Virus record (IMG/VR): IMGVR_UViG_3300044644_001125
Location: 124,001-188,000 of that record
Reading direction: 5' to 3' (one strand)
Length of the DNA: 64,000 nt
A program made the position numbers and the translations under genes. The notes under the pieces were generated by a model. That model had not been told where the DNA came from. It did not search any database and saw only the letters and a list, made by a program, of their open reading frames with translations. Positions 10,822 through 22,062 of the stretch are shown here, piece after piece (the stretch's first letter is position 1; the number at the start of each line of letters is the position of its first letter).

Positions 10822-10851
10822 AAAAAAGGTAGCGGCTTTTACACCGCTACC
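10822..10851 (-). terminator. intrinsic terminator after AAA gene
   Basis: GGTAGCGG/CCGCTACC stem followed by a T-run on the minus strand. Confidence 0.7.
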
Positions 10852-10859
10852 AGAAGAAC

Positions 10860-11945
10860 TTACTTATCTGACATCGCTTGGATGATCAATTTGCCATATT
10901 TTTCAGAGAACTGGTGGAATGAAGGCATTTTGGTTGCATCGAATGGTAAGTTATAAGATACCAAGCCGGTTCTTGCACCCATCACAACTAATTCAGTTGG
11001 GAAGTTAGCCATCATGTAGGTAAAGAAGTTGTTAGCCATGTCATTCCAACCGGCTGCTTTCTTGTCAGCACGATCTTTTAACTCGTAGCAAAGTGAAATA
11101 GTCAACGAGTACATAGCTGAGATTTCTTTAACGTCTAGTTTAGTTACTTTACCATCTAAGATATCATCAGCAGTTGGCATTTTACCAGCGATTTTGCGAT
11201 GAGCCATAAACTTGATACTTAGACCATCACCGATAGCACCAGCAACTAAGGTATGTAAGGTTTCGCTATCGATAGTAGATTCATCATCTAGCAATTCAGA
11301 TACGAAAGACCAAGAGCGTGGTGTAGCGAATGCTTTACTAGAGCTTGCTGGTTTAAAGTCATACAAGTCTTGTTTAGCAAAACCCAAGTAACCAATAACT
11401 TCAGGATGGATTTGGTTTTGGATTGCCCATTCTTGCCAGTCATCGAAATCTGTGGTAGTTTCCAAATGGACGAAACGGTTTGCTAGAGGACTTGGCATAC
11501 GGAATGTTACACCTCTATCGCCATCGCGGTTACCAGCTGCCACAATATCTACACCTTCTGGTAAGACATAGTTACCTACTCTACGGTTTAAGATAAGTTG
11601 GTAAGCAGCGGCTTGAACTGCTGGTGGTGCTGAGTTTAATTCGTCTAAGAAGAGAATCGCAGTTGATTCTGGATCACTAGGTAATTCAGCAGGTTCTGCC
11701 CATAGCATGGTTTTAGCTTCTTGGTTGTAATAAGGAATACCTTTGATATCGGTAGGTTCCCAGAGTGCTAAACGGATGTCAATAACTTCACGGTGTTGTT
11801 CTTGACCGATTTGTTTGACCAGATCCGACTTACCAATGCCTGGTGCGCCCCAGACAAAAATAGGACGGCGTTTTTTGATTGAGTGTTGAATTGCTTTTTT
11901 TGCTGCTTTAGGGCCAACTAAACGTGTGCTGATATCTGTGCTCAT
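10860..11945 (-). CDS. MoxR-like AAA+ ATPase
   Basis: Walker A GAPGIGKS, Walker B LFLDE, AAGN, LANRF, TPRSW; likely partner of the VWA protein. Confidence 0.9.
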   Translation of the reverse strand: MSTDISTRLVGPKAAKKAIQHSIKKRRPIFVWGAPGIGKSDLVKQIGQEQHREVIDIRLALWEPTDIKGIPYYNQEAKTMLWAEPAELPSDPESTAILFLDELNSAPPAVQAAAYQLILNRRVGNYVLPEGVDIVAAGNRDGDRGVTFRMPSPLANRFVHLETTTDFDDWQEWAIQNQIHPEVIGYLGFAKQDLYDFKPASSSKAFATPRSWSFVSELLDDESTIDSETLHTLVAGAIGDGLSIKFMAHRKIAGKMPTADDILDGKVTKLDVKEISAMYSLTISLCYELKDRADKKAAGWNDMANNFFTYMMANFPTELVVMGARTGLVSYNLPFDATKMPSFHQFSEKYGKLIIQAMSDK

Positions 11946-11989
11946 TGTAATCTCGCTTTTGAAGTTAATGTTAAGGGTTTTTGTAAATC

Positions 11990-12590
11990 AGGTTGTAGTT
12001 TAAATCTAAAAGATGATGTTGTCAATCTTTATTTTAGAGTTTTTGAAATCTTTTCTGCTGGAATGCTCCATTCTTTCATTGTTCCATTATCAAATGTATT
12101 CTTTACGTAAGCAAAGAAACGTTTTTGCAATGCAGGATCCAACGAGTCCAATTTTTGTCTGGCGCTTGGAATGTCAATTATTTCTGATTTAAGCAACGCG
12201 GACCAAGAAATAGAAAGATCTCGTAGTTCTGCATCGGTAAATTCAGATGCATTGTTTTCTGGTATGATTAAAGAATCGATAATGTCAGTAGTCATGATAT
12301 TTACTCCAGTATTAATGTTAAGTGTAGTTTAAATCTAAAAGATGATGTTGTCAAGTATTTAATTTGGTTCGTTTCATCTTGGGTTACATTCTATTCCTAA
12401 AAGATAATGCTGTCAAGTGTTATTTTCTAGGTTTCTCGTCTCGGTGACGATGTGGCTATTATAGACTAAAATTAGATGTTGTCAACAGTTATTTTCAAAA
12501 AGTTTTCTAAACTGTTATTCAATTATCTTTTAGGTCAATACTGCCAACCACGAAACGAATCATACACTATAGGTATATAGGTGTCAACTG
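11990..12590 (-). promoter_or_regulatory. cluster of about five tandem sigma70 promoters
   Basis: repeated TGTCAA (TTGACA on minus) near 12020, 12350, 12412, 12480, 12582, several with ATCTTTTAG in the spacer. Confidence 0.6.
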
Positions 12591-12645
12591 ACTTTAAATA
12601 AAATCATACTAAATACAATATATCATTACCACTTGAACTAATAAA

Positions 12646-13929
12646 ATGACCAGCATCATCAAAACCAGTCAACATAGTACCAAGTTTGCCAATACAGGCA
12701 AGCAGGATATATTGTCTGAATTTTTAACCGAATATGATAGAATGATATGGTGGTTTGTTGATTACTTATGGGAAACTAAGATCGTGTGGGGATTAAATCA
12801 AGTACTAGACGTGAAGAATAATCGTTTAGATGTACCTAATTTTATCAATACCGCAGATATAGAATACCATTCCGATTTATCAGCTAGGGCTATAAAATTA
12901 GCATCTAGCGAAGCTCTCGCGTTAGTCAAAGGGCAAACAGAAAAAAGAAGAAAGCAATTCCACGTTCTAGCTAAAAACATGAAAATGGGAACTGTCGGAG
13001 AGGTTAAACGACTTCAATCAAAAATAGATAGCAATCCTCTCACAAAACCAACTACTAATTCCAAAAACCCAAGTGCTAGACTCGATAGTATGTGTTGCAA
13101 GTACATACCAACAGAATCGTCAATATTCGATGGATGGCTTAAACTCAAATCGATTGGTAAGGTATACGGTCATATCTTCATTCCAATTAAGTTAACCAAA
13201 CATTCTAATAAGTTAGCCAAGAAAGGATATTCGATGATGACAACTTGGCGCATTTGTAATAATGTGGTTTCTTCGACTTGGCAAATTGAAAGAAAACCAA
13301 GCAGTGGAACTAAAGTTTTAGGCGCTGACCAAGGAATTAGTACGTGTCTATCACTAAGCGATAGTCAGACCACTGGGGTTTGTAAACATGGACATGATTT
13401 AAAATCAATTATAAATAAGCTATCAAAAAAGAAAAAGGGTAGTAAGGCTTTTGCTAAGGCACAAGCCCATAGAACCAATTATATCAATTGGTCAATTAAC
13501 CAATTAAACCTACAAGATGTCAAAGAACTCAGGCTTGAAAAGTTATTTCAGATGAGGAAGGGTCATAATATAGGTAAACTATTAAGTCATTGGACTTACA
13601 CACAAATCAATGCACAGATAAAAAGCAGATGCGAGGAACTAGGCGTCCTAGTTACCGAGCAATCCGCTGTTTATAGAAGTCAGAGATGCAGTGATTGTGG
13701 TTGGACGCAGAAATCAAATAGGAAGGGAAAGGAGTTTATATGCAAGTCATGTGGCCATCACATCGATGCGGATATAAATGGCGCCCTTAATCACGAAGTG
13801 GACTTATATCCGCTCCCTATGGGATTTCGTCATTTGAATATGAATAGAAAAGGTTTCTTTTGGTATGAAACCCAGCTATTCGATTCAACTGGTCAGGAGA
13901 TTACAGTCCCTGACGTGAAAAATATATAA
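12646..13929 (+). mobile_element. tnpB: TnpB-family RNA-guided nuclease (divergent, no tnpA)
   Basis: RuvC-I GADQG, RuvC-II LEKL, zinc finger SQRCSDCG..CKSCG, RuvC-III DADING. Confidence 0.8.
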
Positions 13930-13951
13930 CTGTCAACCTTTTTCATAAGTA

Positions 13952-14575
13952 TTAACATTGTATAACTGTCAATCGTTTTACGTGATTTAATTTCGTAGTA
14001 TGATCCACATTGACTGATTTGATACTAGCATCAATATGATAGTGACCGTCTATAAACTCACGATTCCAAAATTCAACTAAGGTTTCACCTAGGATGGCTG
14101 TGACTTTATACTTACGATAGTTCTCGTTATAAACACAAGACACAACGGTAATCGTATCTATAACTTTATCACCAACATGGCCTGGTAAGGTTAGATAGGG
14201 TGTCATATCAACTGTTTGTCGTACCAAATCCATTTGCATTACCATTGGTAGACAAGCAACGACCGAAAACTCAAAAAGATGATGGCTTGTAAATGTATCC
14301 ATTTGAGCAATCTTTAGTGCTAGGTGTTGGAATTCTGATATGGTACCTGCGATTTCTAGGAACAGGTATCCTTTGATATGATTACGGCAATCGATAGCGG
14401 CTTGGTAGTCTTCATCGGTTGCTGGAATCTTATTCGTATAAAGCCATTGTTTGATTAGGGCTTTATTTGAAAGACGTGGAGATTCTGAACTCCATTCGTC
14501 TGAATTTTGAAGATACTCTCCATTGATTCGTTGGGCGGCGATAGCAGCTGCCCAAACTTGTTCGGCCTTGAACAT
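13952..14575 (-). CDS. hypothetical phage protein
   Basis: 207-aa ORF with GGAGG RBS. Confidence 0.6.
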   Translation of the reverse strand: MFKAEQVWAAAIAAQRINGEYLQNSDEWSSESPRLSNKALIKQWLYTNKIPATDEDYQAAIDCRNHIKGYLFLEIAGTISEFQHLALKIAQMDTFTSHHLFEFSVVACLPMVMQMDLVRQTVDMTPYLTLPGHVGDKVIDTITVVSCVYNENYRKYKVTAILGETLVEFWNREFIDGHYHIDASIKSVNVDHTTKLNHVKRLTVIQC

Positions 14576-14653
14576 TCCATCTACCTCCTTTACTTGATGT
14601 ATACTAGTATTTACCAGTTTTTTGGAGGTAGTGTGGTTGGATTGTGGTATTTT

Positions 14654-15499
14654 TTAATGTTTCATGATGGTAACATGAGCCATCTTTTGCCAAGTATCCG
14701 CAAATGACTTTTTAAGGTCTGCTGCTTTGAGAACTGTTCTAATGGATAATTCTCTTAGCTTGTCTGCATTACTCATAACAAAATGAACGATTTCGTCTTC
14801 GTGATGGGTTGGGAATTCATAGTCATCTAGTAGACCATCACTTACGATTTGTTTGATTCTAAGAATACGTTCATGTTGGGTATTCATCTTTAAGTCAATA
14901 AAGTGGCATCTTGATTCTAAAGCAGCCAAATGTTCTTGTAGCTTTTTGCTTTTGATAGAACCAAACTGGACATTAGTAATAAAGATAACACCTGCTTTAA
15001 ACTCAAATCTTTCTGGGATGTGTTCACGTCTTAAGAGGTGACTATCGGTATTCCAGCTGACCCATCGTCTTTTAGAAGTATCTAAACAGGCTTTAACGAT
15101 GTTAAGTGAAACTTCATCCATGAAGATACCATCAGCATCATCGAATACTAAAACATTACCTTCACCGCTGTATTCGTAGAGTTTACGGTATAAGCCCAAT
15201 GCACTGATAGCACCTTTAATGATTTCGTATTTTGGTTTTCTGTTGGCGATGGTATCGAACAAGTCTTGTTTAGAAAGGATATTCTCGACCCCAAAACTCT
15301 TGCCAACTCCTGGTGGGCCTGTGACAATTAAGGCCCTGATGTTGCCATCTTTTACTGCGGTGGTCATGTGGTCAAGAACTTCAAATCGTTCTCTGATTCT
15401 GGTGATGATTTGTTCGTCGGTTTCGGTTTCTGTAATTTTCATGTAATTGTCCTGTGATGTAGTAAATGTAAGTATATTTGATTTTGTAAGTAATGTCAA
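14654..15499 (-). CDS. P-loop (AAA-like) ATPase
   Basis: GPPGVGKS, LVFDD, IFITN, LESR. Confidence 0.85.
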   Translation of the reverse strand: MTLLTKSNILTFTTSQDNYMKITETETDEQIITRIRERFEVLDHMTTAVKDGNIRALIVTGPPGVGKSFGVENILSKQDLFDTIANRKPKYEIIKGAISALGLYRKLYEYSGEGNVLVFDDADGIFMDEVSLNIVKACLDTSKRRWVSWNTDSHLLRREHIPERFEFKAGVIFITNVQFGSIKSKKLQEHLAALESRCHFIDLKMNTQHERILRIKQIVSDGLLDDYEFPTHHEDEIVHFVMSNADKLRELSIRTVLKAADLKKSFADTWQKMAHVTIMKH

Positions 15500-16119
15500 T
15501 CTTTAGTATTTACGATTTCACATTTTATTTTCCAGTTACCGAATACTAGGTCATGGTCGTTTGGCACGTCATAACCTTCCTGATTTGCTTTTTCTACCAT
15601 CGCATCGACAAGATACTTGAATATTGGATCTGGCATCTTGGCAATATCCTCTCTTGTCAATGCGATTTTGACAGGTAACTTCTTCATCTGCAGTCGCGTT
15701 TGTAGTAATTTGAGTTGCGATTTAAAATAATGTATTCATCACACTCACGTTGTCTCCAAGTTTCAACATAGTTAAACTCTTCTTGTCTACGCATTTCGCG
15801 TTCACGTTGTAGTTCATAGTTGAATCTTAGTTCATCCATCTCACGTTGATTCGCTAGTTCTCTATGCAATTCTAAATTGTATTGATAGATAGCATCTTTA
15901 GGTGTACCGTATGGTACTGTTTCTGAGTAGAAGTAAGTACGTTCACCTGCGATAGATGCGGTTGAAGCTACTAATAAGGTCAATGCTGCAATTTTTGATT
16001 TCATTTTTTTCTCCTGGTTAAAAGTACGATGGCAGAATACTAATATTCTGCCATTTTGTCAACCTTTAGTTGATATAATTGATACCATCAACGCTAGTAT
16101 TACTGAAAGTGCCAGATAA

Positions 16120-16563
16120 CTAAGCATATTCTAATACGTCCGATACGGAAACCCAATCATCACTATCAGCAACATAGTACATCCAACCACGTTTTACGCG
16201 AACGTAGACATGTTTACTACCACGGTGCTTTGTATAGAAATCTTTAAGTTTATCTGCGTTAAAGAATTGTTCGCTGGTCAACTCGGTATCACCTAAGTCA
16301 CGACCATAGAACGTTGTTTCATCAGGTACTGGTGTTTCAATCCCTTGAACTTTCGTTGTTGGAATTACGGTTTCTGCTGTATGGATTGAACCGATGGTAG
16401 CACCTAATTCATAGACATCACCGTATCTAACTAGTGTATTTGAACGTACACAGTCGTAGTATTTGTCTAAAATAGCACCTACGTTTTCGGGTTCACCGTT
16501 TTGGTGAACGTAAATCCCTACAAACATATCCCCCTGTTGCACACCAATTGCACAAGCTGTCAT
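16120..16563 (-). CDS. hypothetical phage protein
   Basis: IYVH..G.P..VG..L..YY and FYGRD motifs. Confidence 0.6.
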   Translation of the reverse strand: MTACAIGVQQGDMFVGIYVHQNGEPENVGAILDKYYDCVRSNTLVRYGDVYELGATIGSIHTAETVIPTTKVQGIETPVPDETTFYGRDLGDTELTSEQFFNADKLKDFYTKHRGSKHVYVRVKRGWMYYVADSDDWVSVSDVLEYA

Positions 16564-16581
16564 CTTTTCTCCTACTGGAAG

Positions 16582-16887
16582 TTAATTACAAAAAACATTT
16601 GGTGATGCTGTTATGATGACTGCATCATAAGGTCCATCACCGATCTTATCACCGAGTCTCGCGGTGTGTCTGTTGGTACTGGTATTACCAGATGCCGTTA
16701 TAATAATACTGGTATGTCCACAATCTGTTTCAACTGTATCACCTAATCTAGCAACTTTTCGATTATTAGCAGATACGTTACCGGATGCAGTAATAATCTT
16801 GCCAGTTGTTTCAATTGGTGAAGCATGTGACGAATGTGAACAAGTACCTTGTGTTGTATCGCCTAGTCGTGCTACGCCTCTAGCCAT
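16582..16887 (-). CDS. PAAR-repeat spike tip protein (gp5.4-like)
   Basis: three ARLGD repeats, C..H / CGH metal ligands, ITASGNV. Confidence 0.85.
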   Translation of the reverse strand: MARGVARLGDTTQGTCSHSSHASPIETTGKIITASGNVSANNRKVARLGDTVETDCGHTSIIITASGNTSTNRHTARLGDKIGDGPYDAVIITASPNVFCN

Positions 16888-17531
16888 TAGATTGAATCCA
16901 GTTCGCCTAAAACACTTGGGTCAAAACCAGTATCAGCCAATGCTGCACTTGAAGCACCTGCTGAACCCAATGCTTTATCTGCAGCTGCTTTGATACTTGC
17001 TTCTGCTGGGAATGGGTCTTCTGAAGTCATGGAATCAATCATATCAGAAACACCACCACCGATTACTGAGGCTGCGCCCATAACCAACGAACACCCTCCA
17101 GCTATTATAGCACGAACTGCTTTACCAAGTACAGAGGCCATATCATCAATCACACCAATGATATCTGAGATAACTGATTTCAATTTGTTAATTGCACCAG
17201 TAATCATCGATCCAATCTTGGAAATGACTTCATTTATTTTGGCAATAGCTGCACTGGCTAGTTCACCAATTTTAGCCATGAATTCTTGAACTTTACCAGC
17301 AACATTTGCAATCATGTCGGTGATACCCTTCATCATAGAACCAATCTTAGCCATTGCGTCGGTAATACCTTTTTGAATATTGGCAAACATAGCAGACGTC
17401 TCGGCACTAACCATAGTGCCTAATGTTCCGAATATATCACATCCACTACCGGCTTTTGCAGTGAGTGAATCCATATCAGCTGACAACGCTTTTGTTGCAA
17501 CTGACATATCTGGTAAACCTGGAATACTCAT
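16887..17531 (-). CDS. amphipathic helical hypothetical protein coupled to PAAR
   Basis: 1-nt overlap with PAAR gene; ~11-residue periodic I/M/A/G pattern. Confidence 0.6.
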   Translation of the reverse strand: MSIPGLPDMSVATKALSADMDSLTAKAGSGCDIFGTLGTMVSAETSAMFANIQKGITDAMAKIGSMMKGITDMIANVAGKVQEFMAKIGELASAAIAKINEVISKIGSMITGAINKLKSVISDIIGVIDDMASVLGKAVRAIIAGGCSLVMGAASVIGGGVSDMIDSMTSEDPFPAEASIKAAADKALGSAGASSAALADTGFDPSVLGELDSI

Positions 17532-17986
17532 TTGGTCTCCCTCGTTAAAATTTGTTTAATTTTGAAAATGTCATCGGATGTTATACCCGTATGATCGTTT
17601 GTTCTGACAAACCGTGATTTTTGATATGGTAAGAACTCGTCAATATCATCGATTATCGCATAGTTGTAATCTTCTGCCTTAGAACATAACCACTTTTCTA
17701 TCTCGTATCCACGTCGATATCTATTCAATCCAGCATCCATAATACCATTTATTGGAGTTGTATCGATAATACGCGTTCTACAATGAAAACCGGTACGGTA
17801 AAGTAATTCCTTTATTTCAGCCAACGTGTGTATGACGCGCCATGATGAACTGATAACTACCTGGCAATCTAACTCGATGCACAAGTTTCTAACCATGATA
17901 ACCTTTTCTGGACAAAGGTGAATACCTTCAGCCAAGGATGCGGTATTGTTTAATACCCCGTCAAAATCCAGGAATATTAAGTTCAC
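17528..17986 (-). CDS. HAD-family phosphatase (RNA-repair Swiss-Army-knife type)
   Basis: FLDFDGVLN, VISSSWR, RGYEI, IIDD. Confidence 0.85.
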   Translation of the reverse strand: MNLIFLDFDGVLNNTASLAEGIHLCPEKVIMVRNLCIELDCQVVISSSWRVIHTLAEIKELLYRTGFHCRTRIIDTTPINGIMDAGLNRYRRGYEIEKWLCSKAEDYNYAIIDDIDEFLPYQKSRFVRTNDHTGITSDDIFKIKQILTRETK

Positions 17987-18500
17987 TTGGTTAAGCTATC
18001 AAGTAGCTTTTGCAATTGGGAATTTACAGTTTTGGTTTCTAATACGAACTCACGGTATTCGTCAATTAACTTACGTTCACGGTTTAACGTTTCGAGGATT
18101 TGCACTCGTAATTCTGTATTAATATCACATTGTTTCATGATAGATGAAATTGACAAAGCATAACCAACCAACATCGAAACCACCGAAATAACAGCATATA
18201 GTATCATAGTGCAATCCTCAACCGATAGCATCACGCTTCAGTTTCCACTTCTTCAGCAAAGAAGTCGGGCATTTCTAATGCCGCACGATGTAAGTCATAA
18301 GTACTTGGATAATGACGTAAAATGCTTCTAGCACGTGCTACTACGTCTTTGTTCATGTTTGGTCGAGTGCTGATATCTTTCAAGAATTGCCCAGCCATTT
18401 GGACTGCGCGATATCTTTCATCTGGTGATGTCATATGTTGATCCTCTGTTGTTTGTAAAATCTTAGTTTACCGGAATTGGTATGCCTTGTCAACAACTTT

Positions 18501-18659
18501 CTATGCTTTAGTTACAGCGCCTTGTACGCCAGATAAAGCCAATACAACTGCAATAATAGCTTGTGATTGGTCTGCTGTGTATAAGTTATATGCTGCACCT
18601 AGTGATACCAAAGAAACCCAAGTTGATGGTTCTTTTAATCTAGCTTTGATGTATTCCAT
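18501..18659 (-). CDS. small membrane protein, holin-like
   Basis: ARLKEPSTW plus two hydrophobic segments; TAAATA at ~18687 (minus). Confidence 0.45.
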   Translation of the reverse strand: MEYIKARLKEPSTWVSLVSLGAAYNLYTADQSQAIIAVVLALSGVQGAVTKA

Positions 18660-18896
18660 TTTAAAATCTCCTAAAGTTGACAACCGTATTTATCAATTTT
18701 TAGGAAGTTGATATTTAGGTTTTAGGCGTGAAGTACGAGGTTTAAAGCCGAGGAGGGCTGATCGCCCTCCTCGGAACAATTCAAGTTGATTTGCATATCT
18801 AAAAGATAATCGTAATAATCTTCAAGTTCAGATTGAACATCCGGTATGTACTCATTTTTTAATTGATGAGAACCGCCTTTTCCCATAATGCTTGGA

Positions 18897-19136
18897 CTAT
18901 GTCCAAGTGAGATTTTTGCCTTCACTTTTTACCACCTCGCTCCAATTATGGATATCGCGTAACGCGAAATCTCTGTAGTCTTGCTTTGCTACATCGTAAG
19001 CATGCAGCATCCATTGTTTCTGTGTATGAAACTTTGTTGTTCCAAAAAAGATACCTTTTGGTACAATGTTTCTATCAGCAGTTTCTCCGCGATAGTTTGT
19101 ATAGTTGATTGTTACTGTTTTTTCAGCTAATGACAT
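18897..19136 (-). CDS. stand-alone WYL domain protein
   Basis: YTNYRGE..R.I.P..WMLHAYD..RDFAL.DI. Confidence 0.75.
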   Translation of the reverse strand: MSLAEKTVTINYTNYRGETADRNIVPKGIFFGTTKFHTQKQWMLHAYDVAKQDYRDFALRDIHNWSEVVKSEGKNLTWT

Positions 19137-19235
19137 ACGTCCTCCTTATTGTTAAGATGCGTAGTATATAGGCAAAAACAGAAACTGTCAACCTTTAATA
19201 TTTAAGTAAATATAGCTATTAATCAGGAATAACCT

Positions 19236-20207
19236 ATGAGATTGTACGAATTAAAAGAATCCCAATACACCCGAGATGAGTTACTAGAACTTGACTGGGA
19301 TGAGCTATGCGAAATGGCCTATGGAGTCAAGACAGGTGATATTATCCAACTTGATCCACGAAAAATCAAAATCAAATATACTGATATGGAAAATCCACAG
19401 GACTTATTCAACAAGTATGGAATGGCTTGGGTTCGTACTGTTAAATTTGATGAGCCAGTTCAGGTATCTCTAGGATTGGATGGGAATCATACTAAAGAAG
19501 ATTGGTATTTAGAAGATGGGCATCACCGAGTATTCGCTGCTCGTAAACTAAAAATGCCAACTATCACCGCTGAAGTGGAACGCATTAACTTAAAAGCGGT
19601 TGAGAAGTTACTTGGATTTCCCAATGCGAAAAAACGTCGTATCAAAGAAGATGAAGATTATCGCGGTGAGCATACCGCACCTTATAATAATGGATATGAT
19701 AGACCGTTACATGATTTGACTGGTATCTATCCAGATGATATCTACACGAGTAATGCTGCTAGATTATATAGTTCAGGTGAATCTTACGACAATGCAAGTA
19801 TTAGTATCATGCAAGGTGCGCGTGGTAGACCTAATCAAGCAATTAAAATCTACCGCGCCGTACCTCACGAGTTAACCAACGATGAATTAATCAAAAAGTA
19901 TGAAAAAGAAAAAGCTCTGATGCTTAAAACTGGTAGACTTCCAACTGGTATCACTGGTTATACGAAAAGTCAGTACTACGAGTTTGTATCCAATGAGCTA
20001 GATCGATTAGCTAATGCACCTGCCACTGCTGCTACCAAAATAGGAATCAATCCAGGTGATTGGGTTTCTATTTCTAAGCAGTATGCTATTGATCACGGTA
20101 GAGCAAATCTTGGTAACAAGTTTAAAGTTATCACCAAGACTGTTAAAGCAAAAGACTTGTACACCGATGGTAACTCGATCCATGAATGGGGCTATTCCCC
20201 AATGTAA
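19236..20207 (+). CDS. late protein: ParB/Srx-like domain plus C-terminal domain, capsid-targeting-like N-terminus
   Basis: EDGHHRVFAA ParB-like motif; IYRAVP..INPGDWV; MRLYELKE start; TAAATA 19207-19212. Confidence 0.6.
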   Translation: MRLYELKESQYTRDELLELDWDELCEMAYGVKTGDIIQLDPRKIKIKYTDMENPQDLFNKYGMAWVRTVKFDEPVQVSLGLDGNHTKEDWYLEDGHHRVFAARKLKMPTITAEVERINLKAVEKLLGFPNAKKRRIKEDEDYRGEHTAPYNNGYDRPLHDLTGIYPDDIYTSNAARLYSSGESYDNASISIMQGARGRPNQAIKIYRAVPHELTNDELIKKYEKEKALMLKTGRLPTGITGYTKSQYYEFVSNELDRLANAPATAATKIGINPGDWVSISKQYAIDHGRANLGNKFKVITKTVKAKDLYTDGNSIHEWGYSPM

Positions 20208-20394
20208 TATTCTACACGTTTGTAGATAGTAACATCCAATTCTGCATCCCATGTATAGATATGATGATTGTAGTTACTGTCTACTAACTCGATTTTATCG
20301 TCTTTTTCTATAATCTGAATTAGTTTCAGAGTGGATAGTCCAATCATAACAGTGATCTCAAACGCTTTAGGTACTGAGTAGATAGTATCGTAGG

Positions 20395-20787
20395 TTAAGA
20401 TTTCTTTGAGTAAACTGAGTTTAATATTTTGCATAATAGTTTCCTTGTTGTTGAGTATTTACCGATATCACGAACTGGTCTGACCGGATAGACCCGATCA
20501 GGTTTCCATCCTAGTTCAGCATTAGAGTAATGCATTATTATCACATTCCCGTAAAACAAACCAGCTGCGCCAATTTCTTCGAAGGTAGGCAATCTCCAAC
20601 CTGTTTTACCATCGATGTTCAACGAAAAACAATACATGATTGCTTCATCATGAGTAACTTGGATTTGATATTCGAGTGGTGCTACTTCAAAATCCAGTAA
20701 CAGGAAATCAAGATGATAGCCTGTAAACCACCATCGGTTATCAAAATCTTGTAATCGTTTTAAATACTTGTTCATGGTTAGTTCCAT
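20395..20787 (-). CDS. mini DUF1566/Lcl-like family protein with N-terminal extension
   Basis: FEVAP.EY..MYCFSLNIDGKTGWRLPT..RPVRD. Confidence 0.7.
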   Translation of the reverse strand: MELTMNKYLKRLQDFDNRWWFTGYHLDFLLLDFEVAPLEYQIQVTHDEAIMYCFSLNIDGKTGWRLPTFEEIGAAGLFYGNVIIMHYSNAELGWKPDRVYPVRPVRDIGKYSTTRKLLCKILNSVYSKKS

Positions 20788-20845
20788 TATCTTTTAGGTT
20801 ACTGGCTAAATACCTTTATATTAACATATTATAGGTGACAAATAC

Positions 20846-21106
20846 ATGAGAATTTCAGAAGTAATCGCAGATTTAGAACTCGATGAAAACGCAGCTGGGT
20901 ACAAGAAACTAGGTACTAAGAAACGTTGTACTAGCATCAACCCAACATCAATGTCTGCAGTCGAATTAAGTAAATGCAAAGCTCGTGGTCATATCGCACG
21001 TTCTAATCATAGAAAGATTCGTGGTCAAGATGGTAAAATGCGTTCTGTCTACGGACAAAAAGAAAAAAGTGAACTATTCGGTGGAGAGTTCCCTTACGAC
21101 GATTAA
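20846..21106 (+). CDS. basic late protein with capsid-targeting-like N-terminus
   Basis: MRISEVIA..LDE; TAAATA 20807-20812. Confidence 0.55.
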   Translation: MRISEVIADLELDENAAGYKKLGTKKRCTSINPTSMSAVELSKCKARGHIARSNHRKIRGQDGKMRSVYGQKEKSELFGGEFPYDD

Positions 21107-21117
21107 GGATTAATCAA

Positions 21118-21861
21118 ATGATTTCACAGTTAACAGTATACAAGCAAGCACTACTAATGGCTCAACTGAGCAATTTAGCATATAACGATAACCAACTGTT
21201 TAACGACTTTGGTTATGATAGTATTTTTCTATCAACGAACGATTCAGAAGCCTATTTCCTTTGGAATGGTAGCGATGCTATCATTGTATGCCGTGGTACA
21301 CAACCGACTCAATGGAATGACATAAAGACAGATTTAGAATTTAAACTAGTTCCAAGTAGCAGCCATCATGGATTGGTTCATCATGGATTTAAACAATATG
21401 TAGACAACGTTTGGCCTGATTTACTTATCTTATTGAAAAAGTTTGGAAGCAATAGACAACTTTGGTGTACGGGTCATAGTTTAGGTGCAGCGATGGCAAC
21501 CTTGATTACGTCAAGATGCCATCAATTAACTTATCTACAAAATCCAGTGCTATTCACATTCGGTAGCCCAAGAGTCGGTAATGCTGAATACGTTGAGTTT
21601 ATGAATAGTTTGAATATCGAACATCATAGATGGGTTAATAACTCGGATATCGTTACTAGAAATCCAATAGGCAGTTATATTCATCATGGTGAATTAAATT
21701 ACATGGACCACGATGGACATGTAGCAGTGATGAGTTGGTTGCGTAGAGTGATTGACAGATTAAAAGGATTTTGGGTTGGTATTAAGAAAGGCCAGATTAA
21801 CTTCTATGAAAACCATTCTATTACCAACTACGTCAGGAATTTACAGGAGATATCAAAATGA
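21118..21861 (+). CDS. class 3 lipase
   Basis: CRGT, VHHGF, GHSLG nucleophile elbow, FGSPRVGN, DIV, NH. Confidence 0.9.
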   Translation: MISQLTVYKQALLMAQLSNLAYNDNQLFNDFGYDSIFLSTNDSEAYFLWNGSDAIIVCRGTQPTQWNDIKTDLEFKLVPSSSHHGLVHHGFKQYVDNVWPDLLILLKKFGSNRQLWCTGHSLGAAMATLITSRCHQLTYLQNPVLFTFGSPRVGNAEYVEFMNSLNIEHHRWVNNSDIVTRNPIGSYIHHGELNYMDHDGHVAVMSWLRRVIDRLKGFWVGIKKGQINFYENHSITNYVRNLQEISK

Positions 21862-22055
21862 AGAAACTAGTAGTTGTTCTTGCGTTATTAATGTCAGGTT
21901 GTGCTGCCATTAAAACAACAGAGTTAATATTATCAGAAGTAGTTGCGGATTACTGCAAGGCCCCAGAAGCAGGTAGAGCAATCATCCAAGCACAGGTTCA
22001 TTCAGTGCTTGATCCTAACACAATCAAAATTGTGTGCGCTGCTGACCAACAGTAA
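21858..22055 (+). CDS. small lipoprotein
   Basis: MKK + hydrophobic stretch + MSGC lipobox. Confidence 0.6.
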   Translation: MKKLVVVLALLMSGCAAIKTTELILSEVVADYCKAPEAGRAIIQAQVHSVLDPNTIKIVCAADQQ

Positions 22056-22062
22056 TTTGCCG

